A DNA stretch of 64,000 bases, from the IMG/VR virus record IMGVR_UViG_3300043464_001630, positions 1 to 64,000 of that record; one strand, written 5' to 3'. How positions within the stretch are numbered: position 1 is the stretch's first letter; each line of letters opens with the position of its first letter. Both the position numbers and the translations under genes were made by a program. Shown here one piece after another: positions 8,404 through 18,040 of this stretch. The notes below the pieces were generated by a model, which had not been told where the DNA came from, searched no databases, and saw only the letters and a list, made by a program, of their open reading frames with translations.

Positions 8404-9162
8404 ATGAATGATGATGATTTAATATTTGAAGCTTATCAAAATATATACGAAAGTGTAACTTTCAGTGTAGATGGGGGTAATCTATTTAATGTCGATAACA
8501 TTAATAATATCAATGATCTTGGTACTGCATTGCTTTATGGAGACAGAGATATAAAGGGAAGTTCTATTACTGAATTTATTAAATCCAATTTATCCGAACA
8601 AGAGTTTGAAGAATGGAAAAATAATAAAATATATGAATTTATAACAATGGATGGTTCAGAATTTGAAGCAGCAGAAGGAAATATAAATTTTTATACAGTT
8701 GGATTTCCGGAAAAAATAATACCTAAAGTTATATCTTTTATTAAGTATTTTATAGGTGAATACAACTTCAAGCTAACTTCAGAACCATATAAGGAGAGAT
8801 CAAATTTACATGAATCTGATGTTATTAGATTCCCAGTTCAAATAGTAACAAACAAGGAATCCGAAAATATACCAGAAGTAAATTTATCTAATAGAAACGC
8901 ATCTATTATTTTAATTAATATATTAAAATATCCCGAATCTGTTTTAGAAGATCATCAAATAAATTCAAGAGAATTATTAATGAAAATAGAAAACATAGAA
9001 GACAACGAAAAAAAGTTAAAATCTTATGTAGTAAAAAACGTAAATGACCGATTTACGGTTCTTGGATTAAGTGAAGAAAGAATTAAACGAATTTTATTTG
9101 ATTTAAAAAAATTAGCTCAATACGCGGTTGATAATCATTTCACTTATATAAAATTCGGTTAA
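8404..9162 (+). CDS. MND-leader hypothetical protein
   Basis: MNDDDLIFEAYQNIYE; TAAATA upstream. Confidence 0.55.
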   Translation: MNDDDLIFEAYQNIYESVTFSVDGGNLFNVDNINNINDLGTALLYGDRDIKGSSITEFIKSNLSEQEFEEWKNNKIYEFITMDGSEFEAAEGNINFYTVGFPEKIIPKVISFIKYFIGEYNFKLTSEPYKERSNLHESDVIRFPVQIVTNKESENIPEVNLSNRNASIILINILKYPESVLEDHQINSRELLMKIENIEDNEKKLKSYVVKNVNDRFTVLGLSEERIKRILFDLKKLAQYAVDNHFTYIKFG

Positions 9163-9170
9163 ATAAAATA

Positions 9171-9695
9171 ATGCTCATCGAACCAACAGAAATTCCAGAT
9201 GTTCTTCTCGTTACTCCTAAGGTCTTTAAAGACTCTCGTGGATATTTTCTAGAATCCTTTAATAATAAGCATTTACCATTTAATTTCGTACAAGATAATC
9301 AATCTTTTTCTTTAAAGAATACTATTAGAGGATTACATTATCAAGTAGTAAAACCACAAGGAAAACTAGTAAGAGTAGTTAAAGGTACTATTTTAGATGT
9401 AGCAGTAGACATTCGTAAAGATTCTCCTACATTCGGAGAATACGTAGCAGTAGAACTGTCTAGTGATAATTTTAAACAATTGTACGTTCCTGAAGGTTTT
9501 GCACACGGATTTTCTGTCTTATCAGAAGAAGCAGAAGTTCTTTACAAAACAACCGACTACTGGTACAAAGAATATGAACGTAGTATTAACTACAGTGATC
9601 CAGAATTAAACATAGATTGGAAAATTGAAGGTGTTCCTATGTTATCTGATAAAGATAGAGATGCAGTGTTATTAAAAGATGCTGAATATTTTTAA
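9171..9695 (+). CDS. rmlC: dTDP-4-dehydrorhamnose 3,5-epimerase
   Basis: DSRGYFLESF, QDNQSFS, RGLHYQ, QGKLVRV, PEGFAHGF. Confidence 0.95.
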   Translation: MLIEPTEIPDVLLVTPKVFKDSRGYFLESFNNKHLPFNFVQDNQSFSLKNTIRGLHYQVVKPQGKLVRVVKGTILDVAVDIRKDSPTFGEYVAVELSSDNFKQLYVPEGFAHGFSVLSEEAEVLYKTTDYWYKEYERSINYSDPELNIDWKIEGVPMLSDKDRDAVLLKDAEYF

Positions 9696-10003
9696 TGAAC
9701 ATTTTCTTTTATTTCTATTATTTCTTTGTTTGTTTTGGTTTAGCTTTCGTGAATGTTCATATTCAACGGGGAAACATACCTACATGGTTTACGCTGTTTG
9801 GTAGTTTACTGATGATGTGTGGTGGATATTTTATGTTGCAACTTTCTACTCTTTCCTTGACCCAGCAGTCAGTTCTGATTACGATTTCCACTTCAATCGG
9901 TTATCAGCTTGGACTAAAATACATGGGCGATCAAATTTCAAATATTCAGTGGTTTGGTATTTTTCTGTCAGTAGTTGCAGCAATCTTAGTGAATCACAAA
10001 TGA
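9695..10003 (+). CDS. Small 4-TM membrane protein (SMR/EamA-like)
   Basis: Four hydrophobic helices; GDQISNIQWFGIFL. Confidence 0.5.
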   Translation: MNIFFYFYYFFVCFGLAFVNVHIQRGNIPTWFTLFGSLLMMCGGYFMLQLSTLSLTQQSVLITISTSIGYQLGLKYMGDQISNIQWFGIFLSVVAAILVNHK

Positions 10004-10098
10004 TTAAATTTTCAAAAGAGATTATGGAATTGGCATTAACAAAAATGCCACTTAACTGTACAAAAACAATTCTCTGTTCTGCTGGAGTTGATAGTATG
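10000..10098 (+). pseudogene. tilS: 5' fragment of a tilS paralog interrupted by IS607
   Basis: MIKFSKEIMELALTKMP...CSAGVDSM matches the N-terminus of ORF 12647. Confidence 0.8.
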
Positions 10099-10173
10099 AT
10101 ATTTAAATTTAATTTTAAATAAAAAAGTGTAAAATAATCATAAAAAATTTTACAATTTAGACTAAATAATTAT

Positions 10174-10776
10174 GTGAGACAAAATTATATTAAGATTTCT
10201 AAGCTAGCTAAAGATCTAGGAGTAACTAAACAAACTCTTTGGAACTGGAAATATGCTGGTGAAGTTGATTTTGTTAAAATAGGTGGGTTAAATTGTGTAA
10301 CTAAAGAAACATACAATAATCTATTAGGAATAGAAAACAAGAAAAAAGAATCTGTTGTGATTTATTGTAGGGTTTCTTCGACGGAAAATAAATCTAATAT
10401 AGAAACACAAAAACAAAGATTGTTAAATTATTGCAATGCAAAAGGTTACAAAGTATCTGATGTGATACAAGAGTTTGGTTCTGGTATCAACGATAAGAGA
10501 CCAAAACTCGAAAAATTATTAAAACAGCAAAATTTTACAAAACTAGTAGTAGAACATAAAGATCGTCTAACAAGAGTAGGATTTAATTATATCAATACAC
10601 TGCTAAACTTCAATCATATTGAGATTGAAGTAGTTAATTCTGTTGATGATGATAGAACTGATTTAATACAAGATTTCATATCAATTATTACATCTTATTG
10701 TGCTAGAATTTACGGCAACAGAAGATCAAAAAGAAAAACTGAACAATTAATAAAGGAGCTTGAATCCAATGAGTAG
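10174..10776 (+). CDS. tnpA: IS607 serine recombinase TnpA
   Basis: N-terminal HTH (LGVTKQTLWNW), IYCRVSS, GSGINDKR, VEHKDRLTR, DLIQDFISIITSYCARIYG. Confidence 0.93.
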   Translation: MRQNYIKISKLAKDLGVTKQTLWNWKYAGEVDFVKIGGLNCVTKETYNNLLGIENKKKESVVIYCRVSSTENKSNIETQKQRLLNYCNAKGYKVSDVIQEFGSGINDKRPKLEKLLKQQNFTKLVVEHKDRLTRVGFNYINTLLNFNHIEIEVVNSVDDDRTDLIQDFISIITSYCARIYGNRRSKRKTEQLIKELESNE

Positions 10777-12355
10777 ATGCACAAAGAGTTATTCTTTCTA
10801 CTCGAAAGATCTTAACATAGGCAAATTCAATCTCTTTTTGAAGAAAGCCGAAGCAGTCAGAGATTATAAGAATGCTTTATCTGTCGAAATTTCATCTAAT
10901 CTCTTGAAGTACACTGAAGTTTCTAAGTTTGATTTCCTTAAAATGTTTGGTACGAAAACTAATTATTTGAATCCTAGCTCATTAATGAGAGGAAACGAAA
11001 TACAAAAAGCTGTAGCGGATGTGTTTGAAGCTTATCAAAATAAAATAACACAAATTAAACAAAAAATGTCTTTCTTTGTTCAAAAAGGAAAAGAGGTAGA
11101 ATTTTACAAAAGAAACACAAAAAATAATAAAAAAGGTGATGTTAGAAGTTATGAAATAAAAACTAAAAATACTCCATTGACAAAAACAATCACATTTCTA
11201 TCTCGTTATGGTTCCGAAAACACACTAGATTATGTCAATAAAAGAGCGAATCAAAATGATGACAAACAAGATTTCTATAAGACACTAAAAATACATATTC
11301 AAAAGTTTGGCTTAGAAAGATTGTCGAAACTTGCTTACAGCAAAAGAACACAAGTTCTAAATAAGTATAATTATCCAATCACATTCACCTCTCTATCTTA
11401 TCGTTCTGCTCTTCAGACGAACGATCCTTTGATTCAAAATTCCAAGAACAAAACATTTTCAAATGGAACTATTTCAATACCAAGCTTTAATGGAAAACAT
11501 ATGTTTGTTCCGACTACATTCAATGTAAAACATCATGGTCATTTGAATCAATATAAATCAAAAGAGTATATAATTTGTATCGAACAAAAGCGAAAAAGAA
11601 TCAGACTGATTACTACAAAAGAAACAGAAGAAACTATTTCTCCAGAAGGAATAAATTATTTAGGTGTTGACACCAACGTCAAACATAATCTATTTGCTAC
11701 TTCAGATGGAATGAATATTGACATGGACAGAGATTTGTTTCATGGTTATATTGCTTTTCTAAAGAAATACCAAGACAAGAAAGAACATACTTCTGGAGAA
11801 GATCAACAATTTGAACTATGGCAAGAACGTGTTCAGTGTATGCTCAAAAAGAAAGCTAGAGAGTTAGTTGATGTGGCTATAGCTTCTGGTAAGAATCATA
11901 TCATCATGGAAGATCTTGGTAACTTTGGTAAATCTTACACTAAATCAGAAGAGTTCGAAGGATTCAAATATTCTAGATTAACACGATTACTCAATCTTTC
12001 TTCTCTAAACAAAATTGTTAAAGGCATTTGTAAGAAGCTTGGTGTTAGACTAACTCTCATTCCTTCTCATTATACATCTCAGTGGTGCTTTGACTGTGGA
12101 CACATAGACAAAGCTAACAGAACCACCCAAGAAATTTTCCAATGTGTTTGTTGCAATGTAACAGCAAATTCAGACTTTCATTCTTCACGAGCCATCCTTA
12201 GGATAGGTTCTTCAGACGTTCTGAAGAGCAATATGCTCGTGATGGATAAATCATTCGATTGGATTCCTAAGAAACTCTCAAAAGGTTTCATAAGAAAACA
12301 ATTGGAAGAAATAATTCCTAAAACAACTTTTCAGTTGAATTGTCAAACTTTATAG
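10760..12355 (+). CDS. tnpB: TnpB RNA-guided RuvC nuclease (long, 531 aa)
   Basis: LGVD (RuvC-I), IMEDL (RuvC-II), YTSQWCFDCGH...CVCC Zn ribbon, NSD (RuvC-III). Confidence 0.88.
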   Translation: MNPMSRCTKSYSFYSKDLNIGKFNLFLKKAEAVRDYKNALSVEISSNLLKYTEVSKFDFLKMFGTKTNYLNPSSLMRGNEIQKAVADVFEAYQNKITQIKQKMSFFVQKGKEVEFYKRNTKNNKKGDVRSYEIKTKNTPLTKTITFLSRYGSENTLDYVNKRANQNDDKQDFYKTLKIHIQKFGLERLSKLAYSKRTQVLNKYNYPITFTSLSYRSALQTNDPLIQNSKNKTFSNGTISIPSFNGKHMFVPTTFNVKHHGHLNQYKSKEYIICIEQKRKRIRLITTKETEETISPEGINYLGVDTNVKHNLFATSDGMNIDMDRDLFHGYIAFLKKYQDKKEHTSGEDQQFELWQERVQCMLKKKARELVDVAIASGKNHIIMEDLGNFGKSYTKSEEFEGFKYSRLTRLLNLSSLNKIVKGICKKLGVRLTLIPSHYTSQWCFDCGHIDKANRTTQEIFQCVCCNVTANSDFHSSRAILRIGSSDVLKSNMLVMDKSFDWIPKKLSKGFIRKQLEEIIPKTTFQLNCQTL

Positions 12356-12376
12356 TTTTTGATAGTTTTTAGTTAT

Positions 12377-12480
12377 TATGGCACTTGGAATATTTTTCAT
12401 TTCAATCACCAACAAAGATCACAAAATGATTTGATGGAACAACGTTATCTCGAATTTGGTTATGATCACAACATATCATT
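12377..12480 (+). pseudogene. tilS: Internal fragment of the disrupted tilS paralog
   Basis: YGTWNIFHFNHQQRSQNDLMEQRYLEFGY aligns with YGSWGIMHFNHEQRQQNYLMEESYCNFGY of ORF 12647. Confidence 0.8.
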
Positions 12481-12616
12481 CTATTTCTTGACTAGTGAGT
12501 ACTACACCTAGCACATCAATATACGCTCTTCTTATAATATAAGGATCATCGGAATCAGTTACCTCTTTTAAGTTTAAAAAAAAAATAGCCAGCAAGAAAC
12601 AAATTAATTTTCTCAC
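12476..12616 (-). pseudogene. Truncated copy of the DUF1549-like gene at 21742-22323
   Basis: Hand translation MRKLICFLLAIFF...DDPYIIRRAYIDVLGVVLTSQEIE* vs MRKFICFFLACSF...DESFYIKRAYLDTIEKIPTIEEIEW; same upstream GATAAATACTTA. Confidence 0.75.
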
Positions 12617-12646
12617 ATAAGTATTTATCCAAAAAGGCTTTGCATT

Positions 12647-13357
12647 ATGATTAAATTCTCAAAAGAGATTATGGAATTGGCATTATCAATGATGCCGCGT
12701 TGTGATCTCGTTAAGGTTATGTGCTCAATGGGAATAGACAGTCTTGCTGTTTCTCATTTCTTCGAAAAGAAAATTAAAGACAAATACGGTTCTTGGGGCA
12801 TAATGCACTTCAATCATGAACAGAGACAACAAAATTATTTGATGGAAGAAAGTTATTGTAATTTTGGTTATAACTATGGTATTCCTAGATATTCTCCGGT
12901 TCGTTTAAAATCCGGAGGCTATTATGGCAGTTCTCTAGAACCAACCGAAGATAACTTCAGGGAAGCTAGACTTAATTATATTAAAAGAAGTCAGCATATT
13001 AATACAATCTTCATTACTGCTCATCATTTAGACGATGCCGCAGAAAGCTATATGCTGAATGTTTTGCGGGGTAAAGAAGGATTCTTACCCATTCCATTCA
13101 TTACAGAAGTAGGACGTAACTTAATTGTTCATCCTTTTCTTTTTACGAAGAAGAAAGATTTCAGGGAATATGCAGAAAAGAACAATCTCATGAAATATGT
13201 CGTAGAGGATGAGACTAATAAGGTAACTAAAGGAAGCAGAAGAAACTTTATTAGAAACGAGATTATGCCTCTTATTCAAAGAGAGAAGATGGGACTCGAC
13301 ACAATCGTTAAAAAGAAAATGAAAGAACGATTGATGTTGGAAATTATAAAATCTTGA
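12647..13357 (+). CDS. tilS: tRNA(Ile)-lysidine synthetase
   Basis: PP-loop SMGIDS, HFNH, TAHHLDDAAES, EDETN, RNFIRNEIMP. Confidence 0.85.
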   Translation: MIKFSKEIMELALSMMPRCDLVKVMCSMGIDSLAVSHFFEKKIKDKYGSWGIMHFNHEQRQQNYLMEESYCNFGYNYGIPRYSPVRLKSGGYYGSSLEPTEDNFREARLNYIKRSQHINTIFITAHHLDDAAESYMLNVLRGKEGFLPIPFITEVGRNLIVHPFLFTKKKDFREYAEKNNLMKYVVEDETNKVTKGSRRNFIRNEIMPLIQREKMGLDTIVKKKMKERLMLEIIKS

Positions 13358-14033
13358 TTTTATCAGGCGGAATGTTTTGGAAAGTGAACAAAGCAGTGTA
13401 ATTAGGTTTATCATCAAAATTAGGATCAATATAAAATTCCAATTCAGTAGGATCTATTTCTAAAACAACCATATCGTTTATACTATATTTTTTATCTCTT
13501 GCTATTGTTTGTTTCAGCGCATTCATGATATTAGGACTATCGGATGCCATTAAATATATTCTATTTCCATCATGCGATAAGCTAGTTTGACTAGTTTTCG
13601 GAGTTAATCCAATTCTTTTTATTTTCTCTAAATGTTTAATATGTGTAGTATGGAAGAACCTTTTGTTCTTTAGATATTTTGGTTCTACTATGAACGGAAA
13701 CTTAGGTTCGATGAATAATAATTTTTGGGAATCTTTATCATCTACATAACTTATGAAGTAGCCATACACTAATAAGTCTTTCGATATCTGCTTTCTCAAT
13801 TCATCGTTGTAATTATTTTTATTAACGTATAAAAATATTCCGCTAGTTTTTGTTTTGCCTTTATCAGATTTAATAGGATAAACTTCTAATTTACTAATTA
13901 TACTTTTATGTTTTAAATTTAACATAGTTAACACATTAGTAAATGGATACGAAGTAATCAATCCTTCTGTTAAGATTTCATTTTCTTTTTCTATTTTTTC
14001 TAGAATTCTTCCGAACAAACCGAATTCGCTCAT
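13344..14033 (-). CDS. Protein with Tpt1/ART-like C-terminal domain; likely start 14033
   Basis: FFHTT....LEKIKRIGLTPK, RIYL, NIPP; TAAATA just upstream of ATG 14033; ILTE in N-terminus. Confidence 0.5.
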   Translation of the reverse strand: MSEFGLFGRILEKIEKENEILTEGLITSYPFTNVLTMLNLKHKSIISKLEVYPIKSDKGKTKTSGIFLYVNKNNYNDELRKQISKDLLVYGYFISYVDDKDSQKLLFIEPKFPFIVEPKYLKNKRFFHTTHIKHLEKIKRIGLTPKTSQTSLSHDGNRIYLMASDSPNIMNALKQTIARDKKYSINDMVVLEIDPTELEFYIDPNFDDKPNYTALFTFQNIPPDKIKIL

Positions 14034-14269
14034 AGAGATATTTAAGAATTTTCGGATAAATAACAACATGGCTTCTGAATTCTTAAATTTAATTGAATAT
14101 GTTTTAAACGAGCACAAAGGCGACGAGGCAATGGATCAGAAGCTAAAGAAAACTTTCAAAAAGATCGTCACCAAGAAAATAGACGACGATAAGAAAGTAG
14201 AAGAATTGTTTAAAGCCGTTCAGCGGCACTTAAAAGCTAGCGGGCAACAGTAATTCACTAAATAATGTA

Positions 14270-15502
14270 ATGAATGATTGTGAATTGATCTGGGAATCTT
14301 ATTTAAATAAGATTTTATTAGAGAATGACGGAATTACTGATTTAACCTCAGATTACGTTAATAAGTTAAAGCACGATTACGAAGTTTTAATTAAAAACAT
14401 TAATAATAAATTAACTCCAGAAAACGCTTCAAAACTAAAAAATGCGTTTGATATTTCAGCAGACGATTACGACAACAAAACCACATTAATTTATAAATGG
14501 GGCGATAAAAAACGCGAAGATACTGAATATGTAAGAATTCCTATGTGGAATTTACATATAAACTTAGGAAGAATGCAGAATATTTTAGGAGAATATAGCA
14601 AAAATAAAGACGAATCAAGTTTAAAGAAATTAATTAATTTAAAAAAATCTACCACAAAAATAGCTAATGATGTATGGAATAAATTAAATCTGTTTATTTC
14701 TAATAATCCAAACATGGATTTGAAATTAAATCCAGAACAATACGTTTTAAAATTAGAAGGAATTCCTTTCACATTTATAGGTTTAACTGAAAAAAACAAA
14801 TCAAGGTTACCCAGATTAAAATATTATGTAAACAAATACATAGAAAGAGCTAAAAAAGTAGCTCCTTTAATGATAAAATATAGCTTACCAGTAGAAATTC
14901 ATATGGAATTTGATACTCATGATAGTGGTGATGCTGCTGGTCTGTACTATTTCAATAAAATAATATTAACTGCATGGGCTTCTAAAAGAGAAGACGAACG
15001 TTCATTCGTCAAAACATTAGCACATGAAATGGGTCATCATATTTATAAATCTTTATCAGAAAATAGTAGGCAATTTTGGTACGATTTCATAATCAGCGAT
15101 AAAATAGAAATAGATGTAGAAGAAATCATTAATATGATGCATGAAAATGAACTTCCTCGTCATTTCGAAAATCGAATGAAAAATGAAAATCCAATGTTAT
15201 ACATTCAAGCAGAAACTTTATTCCATACAAATAATTCAATGAATGTGTATGATTTGCAATCATTGATTGATGCATACAAAGAAAATAGAATACCGAAAAG
15301 CGTAGTCGTTCCAAACACACCAATTACTGGATATGCTGCTAAAAATTCAGAAGAAGCATTTTGCGAGGCATTAGGAATGTATGTTGCTTACGGAAATAGA
15401 GCAGTACCCGAGAAAATAAAAAACATTCTGAATGTAATCCTAGCACCAAGTGAAAAATTCCGACTTGGAGAATCCACAATTCTCCACAAAAAAGTTGACT
15501 AG
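14270..15502 (+). CDS. MND-leader zincin metallopeptidase (anthrax lethal factor/MPTase-like)
   Basis: MNDCELIWESY...ILLE; LAHEMGH and ITGYAAKNSEEAFCEA. Confidence 0.65.
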   Translation: MNDCELIWESYLNKILLENDGITDLTSDYVNKLKHDYEVLIKNINNKLTPENASKLKNAFDISADDYDNKTTLIYKWGDKKREDTEYVRIPMWNLHINLGRMQNILGEYSKNKDESSLKKLINLKKSTTKIANDVWNKLNLFISNNPNMDLKLNPEQYVLKLEGIPFTFIGLTEKNKSRLPRLKYYVNKYIERAKKVAPLMIKYSLPVEIHMEFDTHDSGDAAGLYYFNKIILTAWASKREDERSFVKTLAHEMGHHIYKSLSENSRQFWYDFIISDKIEIDVEEIINMMHENELPRHFENRMKNENPMLYIQAETLFHTNNSMNVYDLQSLIDAYKENRIPKSVVVPNTPITGYAAKNSEEAFCEALGMYVAYGNRAVPEKIKNILNVILAPSEKFRLGESTILHKKVD

Positions 15503-15528
15503 TCTTAATTTCTGAGTAGAGTACCCAC

Positions 15529-16404
15529 ATGTTTAAGAACCGTTTGGGTGTTTGTTGTATTACTCTTGGAGAAAAGTCTAACTTCAAGACACTTCAGTTG
15601 AATCGCACAAAAGACTTGTCTAATAAACAAGACAAGATCTTTGATGTTTATCGGCATAATCTAGCTGAACTTTGTAAAGTTCTAAAGTATCTGACTAGTA
15701 AGAATATTCGTCACTATCGAATTTCTTCTAACATGTTTCCTTTGTCTGATCATCCAGACTTCGAACAGTATTGGAATCTGTTCTGTTCTAAAGAAGTGTT
15801 TTGGGTGTATGCCAAAAAAGTAGTCAAAGAATACCTAGACAACGGCGGACGACTGTCTACTCATCCTGATCAGTTCTGTATCATTTCTTCGTTTCGTCAT
15901 GATGTGAATATTAACGGTGTTCGTAATCTAGAGTATCATGCCAAGATGTTTGATATGCTTGGTATTCCCCAGTCACACTTCTGTCCTATTAACATTCATG
16001 TTAGTAATGGCAACAATCCAGAAATCGCCATCGAACAAACGAATCATAATCTGACCAGACTGTCGGACAGTGTCATGAAACGTTTGGTGTTCGAGACAGA
16101 AGACAAGTCATTCTGGAAGTATCAGAATCTCCATAAGCACTTTCCAAACATTCCTATCACACTTGATTATCATCATCGTTTGATTAATAACGATGGAGAA
16201 TCTGAAGAAACTGCACACGAAGTTTGTGCGAGTACATGGAAAGATGTAGTTCCTTTGTTTCATCATAGTGAAGGCAAGGAACATCGTTTGGATCGTGCTC
16301 ATTCTGATTATATCAATAATCTACCACAATGTGCGGTTGGTGTAGATATCGAGATCGAAGCAAAGCAAAAAGATCTTGCAGTTCTTAAACTGATGTTTTC
16401 GTGA
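15529..16404 (+). CDS. uvsE: UV damage endonuclease
   Basis: YRISSNMFP, STHPDQF, LVFETED, LDYHH, HHSEG, HSDY, EAKQKD. Confidence 0.92.
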   Translation: MFKNRLGVCCITLGEKSNFKTLQLNRTKDLSNKQDKIFDVYRHNLAELCKVLKYLTSKNIRHYRISSNMFPLSDHPDFEQYWNLFCSKEVFWVYAKKVVKEYLDNGGRLSTHPDQFCIISSFRHDVNINGVRNLEYHAKMFDMLGIPQSHFCPINIHVSNGNNPEIAIEQTNHNLTRLSDSVMKRLVFETEDKSFWKYQNLHKHFPNIPITLDYHHRLINNDGESEETAHEVCASTWKDVVPLFHHSEGKEHRLDRAHSDYINNLPQCAVGVDIEIEAKQKDLAVLKLMFS

Positions 16405-16579
16405 AAAATAAATAATTCCATGAAATTAAAAATAATTAGGTGGTTTTGTTTATTTCTTATTGATATCTGCCCGTTTCTTAGAGAAAAGGACTTTTAGTGC
16501 TGCATAAAAAATGCGGATTACTAGCCATAAAATTGATTCATAAATATAAAGTGCCTGTCTGGAACCAAATTGATTTTAA

Positions 16580-17054
16580 ATGAATGAAACAGAATTCGAA
16601 CTTCCTTATGACATAGCTGCAAAGTGGATAAATTTTGGAGTAACAGAAATAATTTTTAGATTCGATTTAAAACCACCAAAAGGATATCCGAATTATCCTT
16701 ATTATTGCTTCGTTAAGAAAAATAACAATCGATACTTTAGAAAACATTTGGGATTCTCTTTTGGAAGAATAAAAGGAAATTTTAAATGTCTTAGAATTAA
16801 AATAACAGATTATAAAAAATTAATGGTTTTCCGATTGAAATATGACATCTGATAATATCAAACCGCCAACTTTACACGAATTGTCTGAGATATTTCACGA
16901 AAAAAAGTTAGGAACACCTTACGGTGATTACTATATACCAGAAAAATGGCACAATTTTTTGGAAGAATGTGGAATCATTCATGCTACTATGGAAAGAGTT
17001 AAAATAGTAGATAAACAAAAATACTTCTTAGCCAAAATCAAATACGGTTTTTAA
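16580..17054 (+). CDS. Two tandem KYG-family small proteins (16580-16852, 16842-17054)
   Basis: end KITDYKKLMVFRLKYDI and KIVDKQKYFLAKIKYGF. Confidence 0.6.
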
Positions 17055-17068
17055 ACATAAATAGTTAA

Positions 17069-17998
17069 ATGAACTATTCATTTGGTTGTGAGCCAGACAG
17101 TCACGATGAACGTGATTATCGTTTAAAGTCTGTTTTAGATCCTGTCTTTAAAGATTCTGTGGATCTAACTCACGATCCACAAACCAGATGGTGGATTGGT
17201 GAAGCGCACGATCAAGGTACATTGGGATCATGTACAGCATTTGCCACAAATGACATGGTTCGTTATGTTCGTTATAAGACGAAACTATCTAGTTGGCCTA
17301 CTTCACAGTTGTTTACTTATTATGCAACTAGAAAATTACGCGGATCAACTGAGGAAGATTCTGGAGCTACTGCCAGAGAAGCACTAAAAGCTACTGTTGA
17401 TTATGGTGTTACTAAGAACGAATTATGGCCGTATGACATAGCTAAGTTCAAAGAAGAACCACCTAAAGAAGCATGGGTTGATGCAGAAAAGCATCAGTCT
17501 CTTTCTTATTTTCGTTTAGATCAAACTGAAGATGATATAATTGGATGTTTATCCGATGGATATCCATTTATCTTTGGAATGAAGATATATCAATCTTTCT
17601 TTAATTATAAAGAATCAGCTATGTTTGATGTAGTAATGCCATTTCCAAAACCCACAAAAGAAAAGTATTATGGTGGGCATTGTATGTTAGCAGTAGGTTA
17701 CTACAAACAAAACGGAAAATACATTATTATAATCAGAAATTCTTGGGGAGTTGAGTTTTGTAGCTCTGGATATATCCATGCTCCTCTGGATTTGTTATTA
17801 GATTCTAATTTCTGTTTTGATTTGTGGACGCTTCGTACTTCAGAAGACGAAAGACCAAAACAGGAACCGATCAAGCCAACAGTCTTTGTAGAACCACCAC
17901 TACCTCCAGAACCTGTTGTTCCGTTGTGGAAAAGTAAGAACTTCTATTTCTTGCTTGGATTTGGAGTTCTTGTGCTTCTCTTTTTGTTGTTGAAGTAA
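17069..17998 (+). CDS. Papain-like C1A cysteine protease with C-terminal membrane anchor
   Basis: QGTLGSCT, GGHCM, IRNSWG; Pro-rich linker then hydrophobic C-terminus. Confidence 0.88.
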   Translation: MNYSFGCEPDSHDERDYRLKSVLDPVFKDSVDLTHDPQTRWWIGEAHDQGTLGSCTAFATNDMVRYVRYKTKLSSWPTSQLFTYYATRKLRGSTEEDSGATAREALKATVDYGVTKNELWPYDIAKFKEEPPKEAWVDAEKHQSLSYFRLDQTEDDIIGCLSDGYPFIFGMKIYQSFFNYKESAMFDVVMPFPKPTKEKYYGGHCMLAVGYYKQNGKYIIIIRNSWGVEFCSSGYIHAPLDLLLDSNFCFDLWTLRTSEDERPKQEPIKPTVFVEPPLPPEPVVPLWKSKNFYFLLGFGVLVLLFLLLK

Positions 17999-18040
17999 AA
18001 AGTTCTTGATCATCTGTTGTGTGTGTTCTAGAGTCGTAGC

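Larger units (their letters stand above)
10099..12376 (+). mobile_element. IS607-family element (tnpA + tnpB); boundaries approximate
   Basis: Serine recombinase overlapping TnpB, flanked by two halves of a tilS copy; short ATAGTTTTT repeats at right end. Confidence 0.85.

Noticed and set aside
9817-10122. 101-aa ORF in the track
   Set aside because: Alternative frame of the 9695 gene running into the tilS remnant that starts at 10000
10760-12355. Cas12f/type V CRISPR effector
   Set aside because: Coupled to an IS607 serine recombinase and no array nearby, so TnpB is the simpler call
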